A DNA stretch of 16,343 nt from Candidatus Moanibacter sp. (GCA_965215885.1 CBDCEW010000034.1:1-16343), one strand, 5' to 3'; shown: positions 1 to 8,802, counted from the stretch's first letter. Program-made: numbers and translations. The notes: generated by a model from the sequence alone, not told the origin.

Positions 1-176
1 TCACGCGCATGGGCGTCCAGATCCTTCTCGATCGCCTCGATGATTTGCGCCGCGAACCCGGCCAATTCTTCAACTTCATCCAGAAAATCACGGAAATCCG
101 TGTCTGGAACCGGCAGAATGAGGTTGCTAAGGGGCGTCTTATCGCTTTTGTTCTCCTCTGTCGCACATGTTGGCAT
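1..176 (-). CDS. IS transposase, N-terminal part (MPTCATEENK...), runs off the window
   Basis: Identical to the 5' end of the 5143-6693 transposase. ATG at 176 with AAGGAG RBS upstream. Confidence 0.88.
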   Translation of the reverse strand, partial: MPTCATEENKSDKTPLSNLILPVPDTDFRDFLDEVEELAGFAAQIIEAIEKDLDAHAR

Positions 177-318
177 GTTTAACTCCTTTCTTAATCTTAG
201 GTTGTTAAACACTAGCATGTTGCGACACTTTTTATCAAGCCACAAAATGATTTTTCTCAAGTTTTTCTTGCGCCTTTTGCGCCTCTTTGCGGCCATCAGT
301 AGCTTTTCGGATAAGGGC
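1..318 (-). mobile_element. Partial copy (transposase-start end) of the IS5-like/ISNCY element at 4920-6836, cut by the window edge
   Basis: Bases 1-316 match 6518-6834 except one substitution (243) and a 1-bp indel near 295. It ends in the IR GCTTTTCGGATAAGG, with tip GGGC here versus GGTC in the full copy. Confidence 0.93.
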
Positions 319-399
319 AGACTACAGTAACTTTGCTGTAATCTAAGAAACTTTAGATCATTTAAGCTCATCTTCCTCAACTACTGTGAAAGATTCAAC

Positions 400-1312
400 A
401 ATCCTTCCGCATCCACAGCGTAGTAGAAAGAGATTATTTCACTGATCGGAGGAGCGAACTGCGCCGCTTGACGCGGACACTCCGTGAACCGGGAGCAAAA
501 CTCCTCGTCTACGGTCACCGGCGGATGGGTAAGACATCGGCACTGGCCTATGCGATTGAGCGAGTGAACAGAAGCAAAGGCCGCGCATTCATGGCTGACC
601 TGTCGACTGCTTCGACGCCGGTCGACATCGCGAATCGAATCATTCAGTCGGCGATTCGTAGCTTGGGACGGCGATGGCGGGATCTGCCGCAGGAATTTCT
701 GAAGATGATCGGGACCAAGATCAAAGTCACGATCGATCCGAATACGGGCCTGCCCACGGCCAGTTTTGAATCGGCTCTGCGAAACGTCGATATTCCGGAA
801 CAACATGAAAGCCTCGGCCAAGCCCTTGATGCAATCGAGTCTATGGCTAAGGAACGGGGCCATCCCATCGGCATCGTTCTTGACGAATTCCAGGAGATTC
901 ATCGGTTCGGGGGAAGCGATGCCGAATGGCGCCTTCGCGGGATCATCCAGCATCATCAAAACGTCAGTTATATCCTCGCGGGATCACAAACCCATCTCAT
1001 CAATCGAATGCTGGAAAAGGACCGCGCATTTTACGGACTTTTGGACCGGATGGAGTTTGGGCCGATTGATCCGGCGCATTTAGGAAGGTGGATCGATTCG
1101 CGACTGCGGTCAGTTGGTATTCAATCCGACGCCGTTGGAAGAGGAATCGTCGAAACAGCGGGTTCCCGGACACGGGACATCGTGCAGCTGGCACGCAAGT
1201 GTTTCGATCGCTCTGCTTCGGCCAAAAGGGTGCTGCCATCCGACGTCTCCTCTGCCTTTAGTGACGTTATCGACGAAAGCGCCGACCTCTTTCTGCTGCA
1301 ATGGCGCAATTT
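400..1312 (+). pseudogene. P-loop ATPase (archaeal-type AAA/COG1672-like), 5' part, interrupted by IS
   Basis: Walker A GHRRMGKTS, Walker B IVLDEFQ and ILAGS motif. The frame upstream of TTG 468 reads FRIHSVVERDYFTDRRSELRRL, the typical F-x-DR-x2-EL start of this family. Broken at 1312 by an IS. Confidence 0.88.
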
Positions 1313-3695
1313 CAGAACTCGCTATCATGCGGGTTGGCGGGCAGGGGGCAATCGCAGATACAATTCCCGGCTTTTGCCCCGAGGAAGAGCTAAAGAAAAC
1401 GGTAGGCTTCATCTTCGAACCATCAAATTCGAAGAAAAATGGAGAAACCTACCGTCAAAGAAGAGACCTTCTTACAGTGCATCCTTGGAGTGGACAAGGG
1501 TAATCCCTCGATCACGGTCTATCGGGATCTGAGCGAAGGCAAACTGCACGTCTATTACGGGCATGAGCTTTTTGAAGTCGTAGAGGACGATCGGGAGCAA
1601 GTTGAATTCAAGCTATTGGTGGGGCGCCTCTACAATGCGGGGTTGAAGAAAGGGCGCTTAGAGAAGCAATTTGAGGTTGACCCCAAAACGATGAAGCGGT
1701 GGGGGGAGGCGCTTCAAAGCGGAGATGCCGAGACCTTAGCGCGAGTGCTGGCGGGACGCAGCGCTCATCGCAAATTGACGAGGGAAATCCGGAGTTTTGT
1801 GCGGGTGCGCTTCGGGCAGATCTATGGGGAGAGTCGGTATGGCTACAGCAAGAAGATACGGGGGGAGATCGAGGAGGTGTTCGGAGTTAACCTCAGTGGG
1901 GAAACTTTGCGCCCTGTCTTTAAGGAGCTTAAAGAGGCCCGGGCAAAGGAGGCCGAAGCCGAGAGGGCGCAAAATCGGGAGACTCCCTGGGATTGCCCGG
2001 AGGACTCGGGGAGGGACGAACAGGAGCAAGAAGCAGAAAATAGCCCCGAAAGCGAAGGGGACAATCGCAAGGGGTCTCCCGATTTTTCGAGGGAGAGCTC
2101 CGAAGCGGTGCAATGGTATCGGCACCTGGGAGTACTTCTGTTCAGTGCCGCGCTCAGAGAAGTCGCTCAGATTGATCGCGAAGAGGGCTGGCTTTTGAAA
2201 CAATGGGTGGCTTGCGGGTTGTTGGCCGCGGTCAATATCGAGCAGAGCAAACTGCTCGATCTCGAAGACCTGCAAAAACTCATCGGGCGAGTCCTGTATA
2301 CCCCCTATCTGCAACGCCAAAGCCTTAGCGCCCTGGCCGATGAAGGGCTTTTAAGAGAGATCCTCAGAGTGAACGCGAGGGGCCTGAATGCTTCGGATGA
2401 AGAGAGCTTTTATTATGATCCGCACACCAAACATTACACCGGAATGAGCAAGGTGCTGGCGGGATGGTGTCCGGGTATCCGTCTGGCCGACAAAGCGCTC
2501 CACAGCGATTTTATTCATACCCTCAAGGGCTATCCGATCTATTTTGCGAGTACCGACAACTATGAGGATATAAGGGAACGGTTTATCCCCAACTGCGAAG
2601 CGATGCTCGAGCTGGTGCAGTTGCCGGCTGATAAGAAGGTGAGCATTTACGTGGACCGGGCGATCGCCGCGGAGTGGTTTTACGAAGCCATCGTGGAGCA
2701 TCCTCAACTCGAAATCATTACCTGGGAAAAAGGTTACAAGGCCAGCGCCCAGCCCCTCCAACGGATCGACGGGCAGTTGCGCCTGCAGCGCGCGCGCAAC
2801 CATGCCGAAGATCTCCAGGAGTATCATCTTCGCTATCAGCGGGGCCCCTGGAAGAAAAATCCTCAACTGGTGCAGTGGATCGTGGAGGCGACCAATCCAA
2901 AAAATCGAACCATTACCGTGAGCATCCTGGCGACCGATCAGCAGGCCCGAAATGAAGAGGTAATCAAAGGGATGTTCAGTCGCTGGATTCAGGAGAATGA
3001 CTTCAAATACCTCGATAAGCACTTTGGGATTAATCAGATCACCTCTTATCGCACCGTCCACTACAAGCGATTAGCCCAACACCTTGAGGACAAGCAGGAG
3101 AAAAGCGGTGCCGCCAAAGCCCTCCTGAAGCAAAAACAGCAATGCACCGAAGAATTGAAAAGACTGCTCCTGGCCGAGCATGCCCACCCGGGCAAAAGCG
3201 CCTCAAGGGGCGAAAAGATCCGTCGACTCGATCAGGCCCTCAAAGCCCTCCAACTCGAACTGGAGCAAATCGACACCGAATGCTCGAGGCTGCAGCGCCT
3301 CATTGATGAAAACTATGTCCGCCTGGACACCGCTAACAAGTCCCTCATGGATGCCTTGAAAATCTTCGCCCGTAACAGCTTCTACAAGCAGCTCGAACCC
3401 TTTAAAGCTCGCTACAACAACTATCGTGACGACCACGATCTGTTTCGCAATTTGACTCACAGTGACGGCGTTCTTATAGAGAGGGGCTGTGCGGTCGAAG
3501 CGCATTTATTCCCCACCGCAACTTATCCCCCTCGGGTGCAGGCGGTGGTGCTTGAGTATCTGCAAACTCTCAATCAGAAGCCCTTACTGATGCCCGACGG
3601 TTCAGGCCGAAGAATCATCTTCCGACTGGGCAAAAAATCGGGATTTAAACTTGCGATTGCATAGTGCCTTTAGAGGGGCAATATAGTGAGGTCTG
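1313..3695 (+). mobile_element. Insertion sequence, 2383 bp, DDE type, family not confidently assigned
   Basis: Terminal IRs CAGAACTCGCTATCATGC and (rc) CAGACCTCACTATATTGC match 14/18. A 5-bp direct repeat AATTT lies at 1308-1312 and 3696-3700. Removing the element restores the ATPase frame. Confidence 0.93.
1439..3664 (+). CDS. Putative large DDE transposase, 741 aa
   Basis: Only long ORF inside the IR-bounded element. HTH-like N-terminal segments (FEVDPKTMKRWGEAL; IEEVFGVNLSGETLR). Candidate triad YYDPH, VDRA, RWIQENDFKYL, then a coiled-coil-like segment. Confidence 0.88.
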   Translation: MEKPTVKEETFLQCILGVDKGNPSITVYRDLSEGKLHVYYGHELFEVVEDDREQVEFKLLVGRLYNAGLKKGRLEKQFEVDPKTMKRWGEALQSGDAETLARVLAGRSAHRKLTREIRSFVRVRFGQIYGESRYGYSKKIRGEIEEVFGVNLSGETLRPVFKELKEARAKEAEAERAQNRETPWDCPEDSGRDEQEQEAENSPESEGDNRKGSPDFSRESSEAVQWYRHLGVLLFSAALREVAQIDREEGWLLKQWVACGLLAAVNIEQSKLLDLEDLQKLIGRVLYTPYLQRQSLSALADEGLLREILRVNARGLNASDEESFYYDPHTKHYTGMSKVLAGWCPGIRLADKALHSDFIHTLKGYPIYFASTDNYEDIRERFIPNCEAMLELVQLPADKKVSIYVDRAIAAEWFYEAIVEHPQLEIITWEKGYKASAQPLQRIDGQLRLQRARNHAEDLQEYHLRYQRGPWKKNPQLVQWIVEATNPKNRTITVSILATDQQARNEEVIKGMFSRWIQENDFKYLDKHFGINQITSYRTVHYKRLAQHLEDKQEKSGAAKALLKQKQQCTEELKRLLLAEHAHPGKSASRGEKIRRLDQALKALQLELEQIDTECSRLQRLIDENYVRLDTANKSLMDALKIFARNSFYKQLEPFKARYNNYRDDHDLFRNLTHSDGVLIERGCAVEAHLFPTATYPPRVQAVVLEYLQTLNQKPLLMPDGSGRRIIFRLGKKSGFKLAIA

Positions 3696-3700
3696 AATTT

Positions 3701-3944
3701 TACCCGTCACCAGCAGAATGTGCTCAGGTCTGTGGCCGCCGGCGATGCCGGTATCACGACAAAGCGGATCCGCCAGCAATTTGCCCTTGGCGACAGCGGT
3801 ACCACCGCGAACGCTGCCGCTGCTCTGGTGGAAGCAGGGACACTGATGAAGACGCCCGAAAGCGCCGTGGGGTATACCTTTGACAATCCCTTTTTCCGCG
3901 GATGGGTTGTACAAAATACCCTCGCCGATCTCGGAATGACCTAG
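3701..3944 (+). pseudogene. P-loop ATPase, 3' part (winged-helix-like C-terminus)
   Basis: In-frame continuation after IS removal: ...LLQWRNF/TRHQQNVLRSVAAGD...YTFDNPFFRGWV...LGMT*. The DNPFFRGW ending is typical of these ATPases. Confidence 0.88.
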
Positions 3945-4750
3945 TATCCTAGCCCGCGCAAATACTCCCGCATCCCGAGACTGCGGCGTGCTTCCTCGAA
4001 GGCCGGTTCGCCGGACGGAGGGGGCGTTCCGGGACACGACGTGACCCAGCGATCGTAGCCGATCTCTTCCAATTTCCGTAATACTCCTGCGAAATCGAGA
4101 CACTCCGCCTCTCCCACAGGCACCCAAGTCGGATTGTACTTTCCTTTTTCCCGCACGGTGCAGGATGAGTAGTCCTGGAGATGAATATAGTTGAGCCGGT
4201 CACGGAAATCCTCGATCGCCTGCACCGGGTCGTAACCCCACAGTTCCGCGTGCGAGACGTCGATGCAGAGCTTTGATTTCTCCAGAAAGCTCATATAGAA
4301 CTTCCACTCCTCGATCGAATCCACGAGCATATTTGTGTGGATGTGGTAAGACAATTCGAGTCCGTAACCACTCGCGTACTCCGCCCATGTTTCAGCATCC
4401 TCGGCCGCTCGTTGAATATCATCACGACTAACGATGGAATTCTTCGGTCTGCGACCACTCATGTACATGAAGCAATCGACTCCCATGGCAGCGGCGAAAT
4501 CCATTCTCCGCTTGTTTCGCTCGATGTTCTCCGATTCGCGATTGTCAGGCGACCCGGCCGCCGTGTACACCACCATCGGCATACCCGTATCCTCGCATAT
4601 CCGCTTGAGATGTTCGGGAGGACCCAACGCTTCCTGCCCCATCCTACCCTCCCAACCCTCCCAGCCGGCTTCCTGTAGTTCTCGCAGAGCGGGTTCCAGA
4701 TCCGCGTTCCGCCAATGCAGGGTGGCGTATCCCAGTTTAAAGGTTCTCAT
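3941..4750 (-). CDS. Sugar phosphate isomerase/epimerase (xylose isomerase-like TIM barrel, IolE-like)
   Basis: 269 aa with motifs LSYHIH, LCIDVSHA, YIHLQD and WVPVGE..LDFAGVLRKLEEIGYDRW. Its stop overlaps the convergent ATPase stop at CTAG 3941-3944. Confidence 0.88.
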   Translation of the reverse strand: MRTFKLGYATLHWRNADLEPALRELQEAGWEGWEGRMGQEALGPPEHLKRICEDTGMPMVVYTAAGSPDNRESENIERNKRRMDFAAAMGVDCFMYMSGRRPKNSIVSRDDIQRAAEDAETWAEYASGYGLELSYHIHTNMLVDSIEEWKFYMSFLEKSKLCIDVSHAELWGYDPVQAIEDFRDRLNYIHLQDYSSCTVREKGKYNPTWVPVGEAECLDFAGVLRKLEEIGYDRWVTSCPGTPPPSGEPAFEEARRSLGMREYLRGLGY

Positions 4751-4858
4751 TTGAAAGAATGTCGCTCAAATGTTATACCCCACCAGGCGCGTTGCAAGCC
4801 GTCCCTGGCGGGCGGCGAACGACCAGCTGGGAATCTACTCTACAGGAGTATCCTACTT

Positions 4859-4895
4859 TTCGTTCTCGTAATCGTCCTCATGCTCGTCCTCGATT
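4859..4895. repeat. Degenerate 6-bp-period intergenic repeat (CTCGTN-like)
   Basis: ttcgtt ctcgta atcgtc ctcatg ctcgtc ctcgat. Confidence 0.6.
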
Positions 4896-4919
4896 CGCTC
4901 TGCTCAGAACGTCTTGCTA

Positions 4920-6836
4920 GACCCCATTCGAAAAGCCTTTCGAGCGGGCGGTTTAAGGTTCTCCGCCACGGGCGGACCAGCCTATGGCTGGCAGGTTTCG
5001 GGTTTCAGGCTGCCGGCGCTGCCGATGAGCAGGTATTGAGCGGCCATCGGCGTGGCTTGCTGCACAATACGTATATTTGCCGCTGTCTGGAGGCATACTC
5101 ATCCCGTGGTGCTTTTTTCTCTGAGCTTCAAAGCGGTCAGATTCAGGCTGCCTGTTCCAGTTCCTCCCCTCGGCGTTTCTTCATCAGTATGATGCGGCAG
5201 AAGTTGTAGGCCAGAACCTTCTCGAGCAGTTCATCGCCTACCGCATCGATGCCGCGGCGGCCGAGTTCGCCAAAGGCAAATCCATCTTTAATCGTGAACA
5301 TCAGCGACTCCACTGCGGAGCGATCGCGGCGTGCCTCGCGATACGCCTCGCTCTCCCAGTCCTCGGGGGTGGTCAACTTCTTGCCCTTCGCCCCACTGAT
5401 ACTGATCTGCTTTACCCCCATGCTCAGCACCTCCTTGCGTCCCTTCGCCGAAGCATATCCGTCATCGGTGCTGACCAGTTCAGCAATGACACCGGTGCGC
5501 TTGATCGAATCGCCGATGGCCGGCGCCAGCTCAATGGAGTCTGCCGCGTTGCCTTGCGGTACGATCAGGCTGGTGACAAAACCGTTTTCGCTGCGAACCA
5601 GTTGTGGCTTGTACCCGATCACTGGATTGCGGCTGCCCTTCTTGATGTAGGCCGCCGATCCGTCCGAGAGGCTCAGGACCTTCTGTGTGGACGGTAGCTT
5701 CTTTTCGTGAAACACCCGATCATGAGCATACTCAACAACCCGCTTGGCGTCGGCAATATCGCCCCTGATCTGGCTCAATGCCCGCTCCAGAAGCTCCCGG
5801 CGAGTGGGAGGCAGTGAATCCATCGACAGGCCCTCTTCAAGATGGCTCAGTTCCCCCGTTAGTGAGTCGGCCGCCTTGCGGCCCCGCTTGAGCAACCGCC
5901 GGTAGTGTTTCTTCAGCTTGCCCTTCGACTTCGGTTTGCCCGCGGCCAGACAAATCTGAAACTCCAGCTTGTCCATTTCCTCCAGCCAACGCCCAACCCA
6001 TCCCTTGCGAAAATCCTCCAGCCCGAAGACATGCAACTTCTGACCCAAACGATTGGCCCGCATCAAAAGACCGCTCAGAATCTTCCCATCGGTGGGCCAG
6101 CAGCTGTTTGCTTTCACCGAGGTGCTGTCGATCGTCAGCTTCCCGAAATCGTCCCATTGCTCCTGGAGGATAAACCCAATCTGTTTATCAAAGATCAACT
6201 CGCGGGTCGTATGGCTGACCAGGTTCACGTTCTCCAGAATCGTCGTCACCGCCGGCATTCTCAGTCCCCCGCTCTGCAAAAATCCGTACAAGCTCATCGA
6301 CTCGCGCACAAACCGCCGTGCCGGTTTCGTGGTCAACGAACCCAGAAACCCTCGAATCATCACGAACACGTATACCGCATAAGCCGGCATCCGCGGCCGG
6401 CCTGCCCCAAGATTCAATTCAGCAGCCAGAATATTCTCCTCCTCGATGTCCAGCTCCGGCAGCTCCGCTGTGCGCCCTTCAAAGAACCTGCGATCTTCCA
6501 ATCGAAGTTTCTTCTTCTCACGCGCATGGGCGTCCAGATCCTTCTCGATCGCCTCGATGATTTGCGCCGCGAACCCGGCCAATTCTTCAACTTCATCCAG
6601 AAAATCACGGAAATCCGTGTCTGGAACCGGCAGAATGAGGTTGCTAAGGGGCGTCTTATCGCTTTTGTTCTCCTCTGTCGCACATGTTGGCATGTTTAAC
6701 TCCTTTCTTAATCTTAGGTTGTTAAACACTAGCATGTTGCGACACTTTTTATCAAGCCAAAAAATGATTTTTCTCAAGTTTTTCTTGCGCCTTTTGCGCC
6801 TCTTTGCGGCCAATCAGTAGCTTTTCGGATAAGGTC
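4920..6836 (-). mobile_element. Complete IS5-like/ISNCY insertion sequence, 1917 bp
   Basis: IRs GACCCCATTCGAAAAGC (4920-4936) and rc GACCTTATCCGAAAAGC (6820-6836) match 14/17. Flanked by TA at 4918-4919 and 6837-6838. A second copy lies at the window start. Confidence 0.9.
5143..6693 (-). CDS. DDE transposase (IS5-like/ISNCY), 516 aa
   Basis: Triad IDSTSVKAN, STDDGY, RSAVESLMFTIK, plus the IS5-like KVLSLSD..AAYIKKG motif. ATG 6693 with AAGGAG RBS is preferred over the track start at 6813. Confidence 0.92.
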   Translation of the reverse strand: MPTCATEENKSDKTPLSNLILPVPDTDFRDFLDEVEELAGFAAQIIEAIEKDLDAHAREKKKLRLEDRRFFEGRTAELPELDIEEENILAAELNLGAGRPRMPAYAVYVFVMIRGFLGSLTTKPARRFVRESMSLYGFLQSGGLRMPAVTTILENVNLVSHTTRELIFDKQIGFILQEQWDDFGKLTIDSTSVKANSCWPTDGKILSGLLMRANRLGQKLHVFGLEDFRKGWVGRWLEEMDKLEFQICLAAGKPKSKGKLKKHYRRLLKRGRKAADSLTGELSHLEEGLSMDSLPPTRRELLERALSQIRGDIADAKRVVEYAHDRVFHEKKLPSTQKVLSLSDGSAAYIKKGSRNPVIGYKPQLVRSENGFVTSLIVPQGNAADSIELAPAIGDSIKRTGVIAELVSTDDGYASAKGRKEVLSMGVKQISISGAKGKKLTTPEDWESEAYREARRDRSAVESLMFTIKDGFAFGELGRRGIDAVGDELLEKVLAYNFCRIILMKKRRGEELEQAA

Positions 6837-7423
6837 TAACTAGAGACTACCTCCTGAACATAAATAATCCTGTATCCTATATTTTGCCCGCTCTTGGTGT
6901 TAGCATGCTGATCGAATTCTTCACCCTTTGGAATAAGGATAAGAGAAATCAAGCAATTAGAGACTTCTACAAAGGCACCTTCGTTATCTACAGTATCACA
7001 TTCGGTGTAGCTGGAGGTTTTGCTTCTGGGACAGTGGCTAGATTCCTGTATTGCCACGAGGTGATGGAAGAGGCGAACGGCTTAATCTCGAATCTTGAAG
7101 AATACAATAGAAATAACGGTCAGTATCCGACTGATTTCGCATTTTTGGGTATTCGCTCGCCGATTTTCAGGCGAGGCAGGTTCGAATTTCAGCAGGCCGG
7201 CATTCAAGATCATATTTACACAATCGAACAGGCTGACGCCACGGTATTTCTCTCTGAGCAGAACTTCTATATCGTCATCCCTTATGAGCATCCGTATCTC
7301 CTGTTCAGTGGAATTTCGAAATGTAGGTTGTTTTTAAGAGATGGGCAAAGTGAGTTCTGGCAAAAGAAGTATCTTATCCGGCATGTTGGGAACTTCTGGG
7401 ACCTCGTGAAATCAACGCACTAA
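6837..7423 (+). CDS. Hypothetical membrane protein, probably 5'-truncated at the IS end
   Basis: The frame of ORF 6884-7423 is open back to the IS boundary with no ATG or RBS. It has hydrophobic segments and is visibly AT-richer than the IS. Confidence 0.6.
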
Positions 7424-7532
7424 GTGACCGTCGAGCTCAACAGTCTTCTCTTGCCGAAAGGCGTTGATTAGTACATCGGTTCTGTTTTGCAGCGATCAGA
7501 TCTTCAATGAATCCCACGCTCGGTCTCGAAAC

Positions 7533-8714
7533 GTGAGAATACGATACGGAATACTCTCTGCTTGTGTGGGATTCATACTGCCTTTGCTGGCTTTCTCTCT
7601 AGTCTGCAATGCCCAGCCGGATCGCGTCGTCGTGGGCCCAAAGCCGCAAAAAGTGAAGGATACCTACATCGAGGAACCGGAAGGAATTGAGGTTGAGGTC
7701 TGGGTCGAATATCTGCATGTCCCCTGGTCATTGCGGTTTCTTCCAAATGGCGACGCCCTCATCGCGGAACGGCGTGGCCGAATCCTGCGGATTCCACACG
7801 GAAGCAACAGACCGAGCGATTATCTCGAACTCGAAGTCAACGAATTCGGCGACGGTGGACTCATGGGTCTCGCAATCCATCCGAATTTTGCCCACGAGCC
7901 GTTTATTTATGCGATGCATGGATACGGGACGGACCGCGAGAGTCGCAAGAATCGTGTCTCGCGTTTTCGGGATCTAGGAGAAACGGCCGAATTCGATCGG
8001 GTGATCATTGATGAGATTCCGGGGTTCAGATATCACGAGGGCGGGCGCATTGCTTTTGGGCCCGACGGGTTGCTCTACATCGGTACAGGAGATGTGGGGG
8101 AACCGATGCTTGCCCAGGATCTTAATTCCCTGGCGGCCAAGATCCTCCGCCTGACCCCGGAGGGCGGCGTGCCAGAGGACAACCCATTCCCCAACAGTCC
8201 GGTTTATTCCTACGGCCATCGCGTTGTTCAGGGCATTACCTGGGACCCCGAAACCGGGAAGATGTTTAACTCCGAACACGGTCCCTCAGGCATGGAAAAG
8301 GAACTCCATGTCCGCGACAGCGACGAAATCAACCGAGTGGAAAAGGGGCGGAACTACGGTTGGCCGATGGCGATAAACGCTCCCAATCTTGAGGAATACG
8401 AAGACCCGATAGCGTCATGGCCAAAGCAATCGGTCCCACCAGGGGGTATGACTTTTTTCAGAGGCGACCTCTATGTGGCTACCCTGGCCAGCCAGGCGCT
8501 CCTGCGCATTCGGTTCGAACCGGGGGAGAAACGATACACGGTAAAATCAATTGAACGCCTGTTTGCGACCGAACCTAAAAAGGGAACTTACGGTCGCCTC
8601 CGCGATGTCACGGTCGGGCCGGACGGGCATCTTTATGTTACCACGAGCAACACCGACCGGCGGGCGAAGCTGCGCCCTCGAGACGACAAGATTCTGCGGC
8701 TGAAGTTCGAGTAG
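7533..8714 (+). CDS. PQQ-dependent sugar dehydrogenase (glucose/sorbosone dehydrogenase family), secreted
   Basis: Motifs PWSLRFLPNG, GGLMGLAIHPNF, HEGGRIAFGPDGLLYIGTGD, YSYGHR..QG, GRNYGWP and GRLRDVTVGPDG. Signal-peptide-like N-terminus from GTG 7533 (track start 7464). Confidence 0.93.
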   Translation: MRIRYGILSACVGFILPLLAFSLVCNAQPDRVVVGPKPQKVKDTYIEEPEGIEVEVWVEYLHVPWSLRFLPNGDALIAERRGRILRIPHGSNRPSDYLELEVNEFGDGGLMGLAIHPNFAHEPFIYAMHGYGTDRESRKNRVSRFRDLGETAEFDRVIIDEIPGFRYHEGGRIAFGPDGLLYIGTGDVGEPMLAQDLNSLAAKILRLTPEGGVPEDNPFPNSPVYSYGHRVVQGITWDPETGKMFNSEHGPSGMEKELHVRDSDEINRVEKGRNYGWPMAINAPNLEEYEDPIASWPKQSVPPGGMTFFRGDLYVATLASQALLRIRFEPGEKRYTVKSIERLFATEPKKGTYGRLRDVTVGPDGHLYVTTSNTDRRAKLRPRDDKILRLKFE

Positions 8715-8802
8715 GAATCTGTCGGACTTAGCTTTCGCAGTTCACGGATATAAGCCGCTTCCTTGCTGCGATCGTAACCTAGGGTGTATTCGACCACCGA
8801 CA

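Noticed and set aside
319..325. AGACTAC following both IS copies (also 6844-6850) as a target motif
   Set aside because: It lies at different distances from the IS tip and there are only two cases, so it is probably chance.
40..330. 96-aa ORF and its twin at 6446-6820
   Set aside because: Antisense to the transposase, and similar only because the IS is duplicated.
468..1532. 354-aa ORF as an intact ATPase
   Set aside because: Residues after WRNF are read-through into the IS. The true C-terminus is at 3701-3944.
381..3505. Minus-strand ORFs 381-959, 1736-2320, 2351-3061 and 3203-3505 (likewise plus-strand 5905-6699 and 12689-13258)
   Set aside because: Shadow frames opposite well-supported genes, with no recognisable motifs.
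4715..5209. 164-aa ORF with a hydrophobic stretch
   Set aside because: It spans the epimerase start, the 6-bp repeat and the IS end. The hydrophobic run is the translated repeat.
6694..6813. Basic N-terminal extension MAAKRRKRRKK of the transposase
   Set aside because: It translates the IS end repeat, and a strong RBS precedes ATG 6693.
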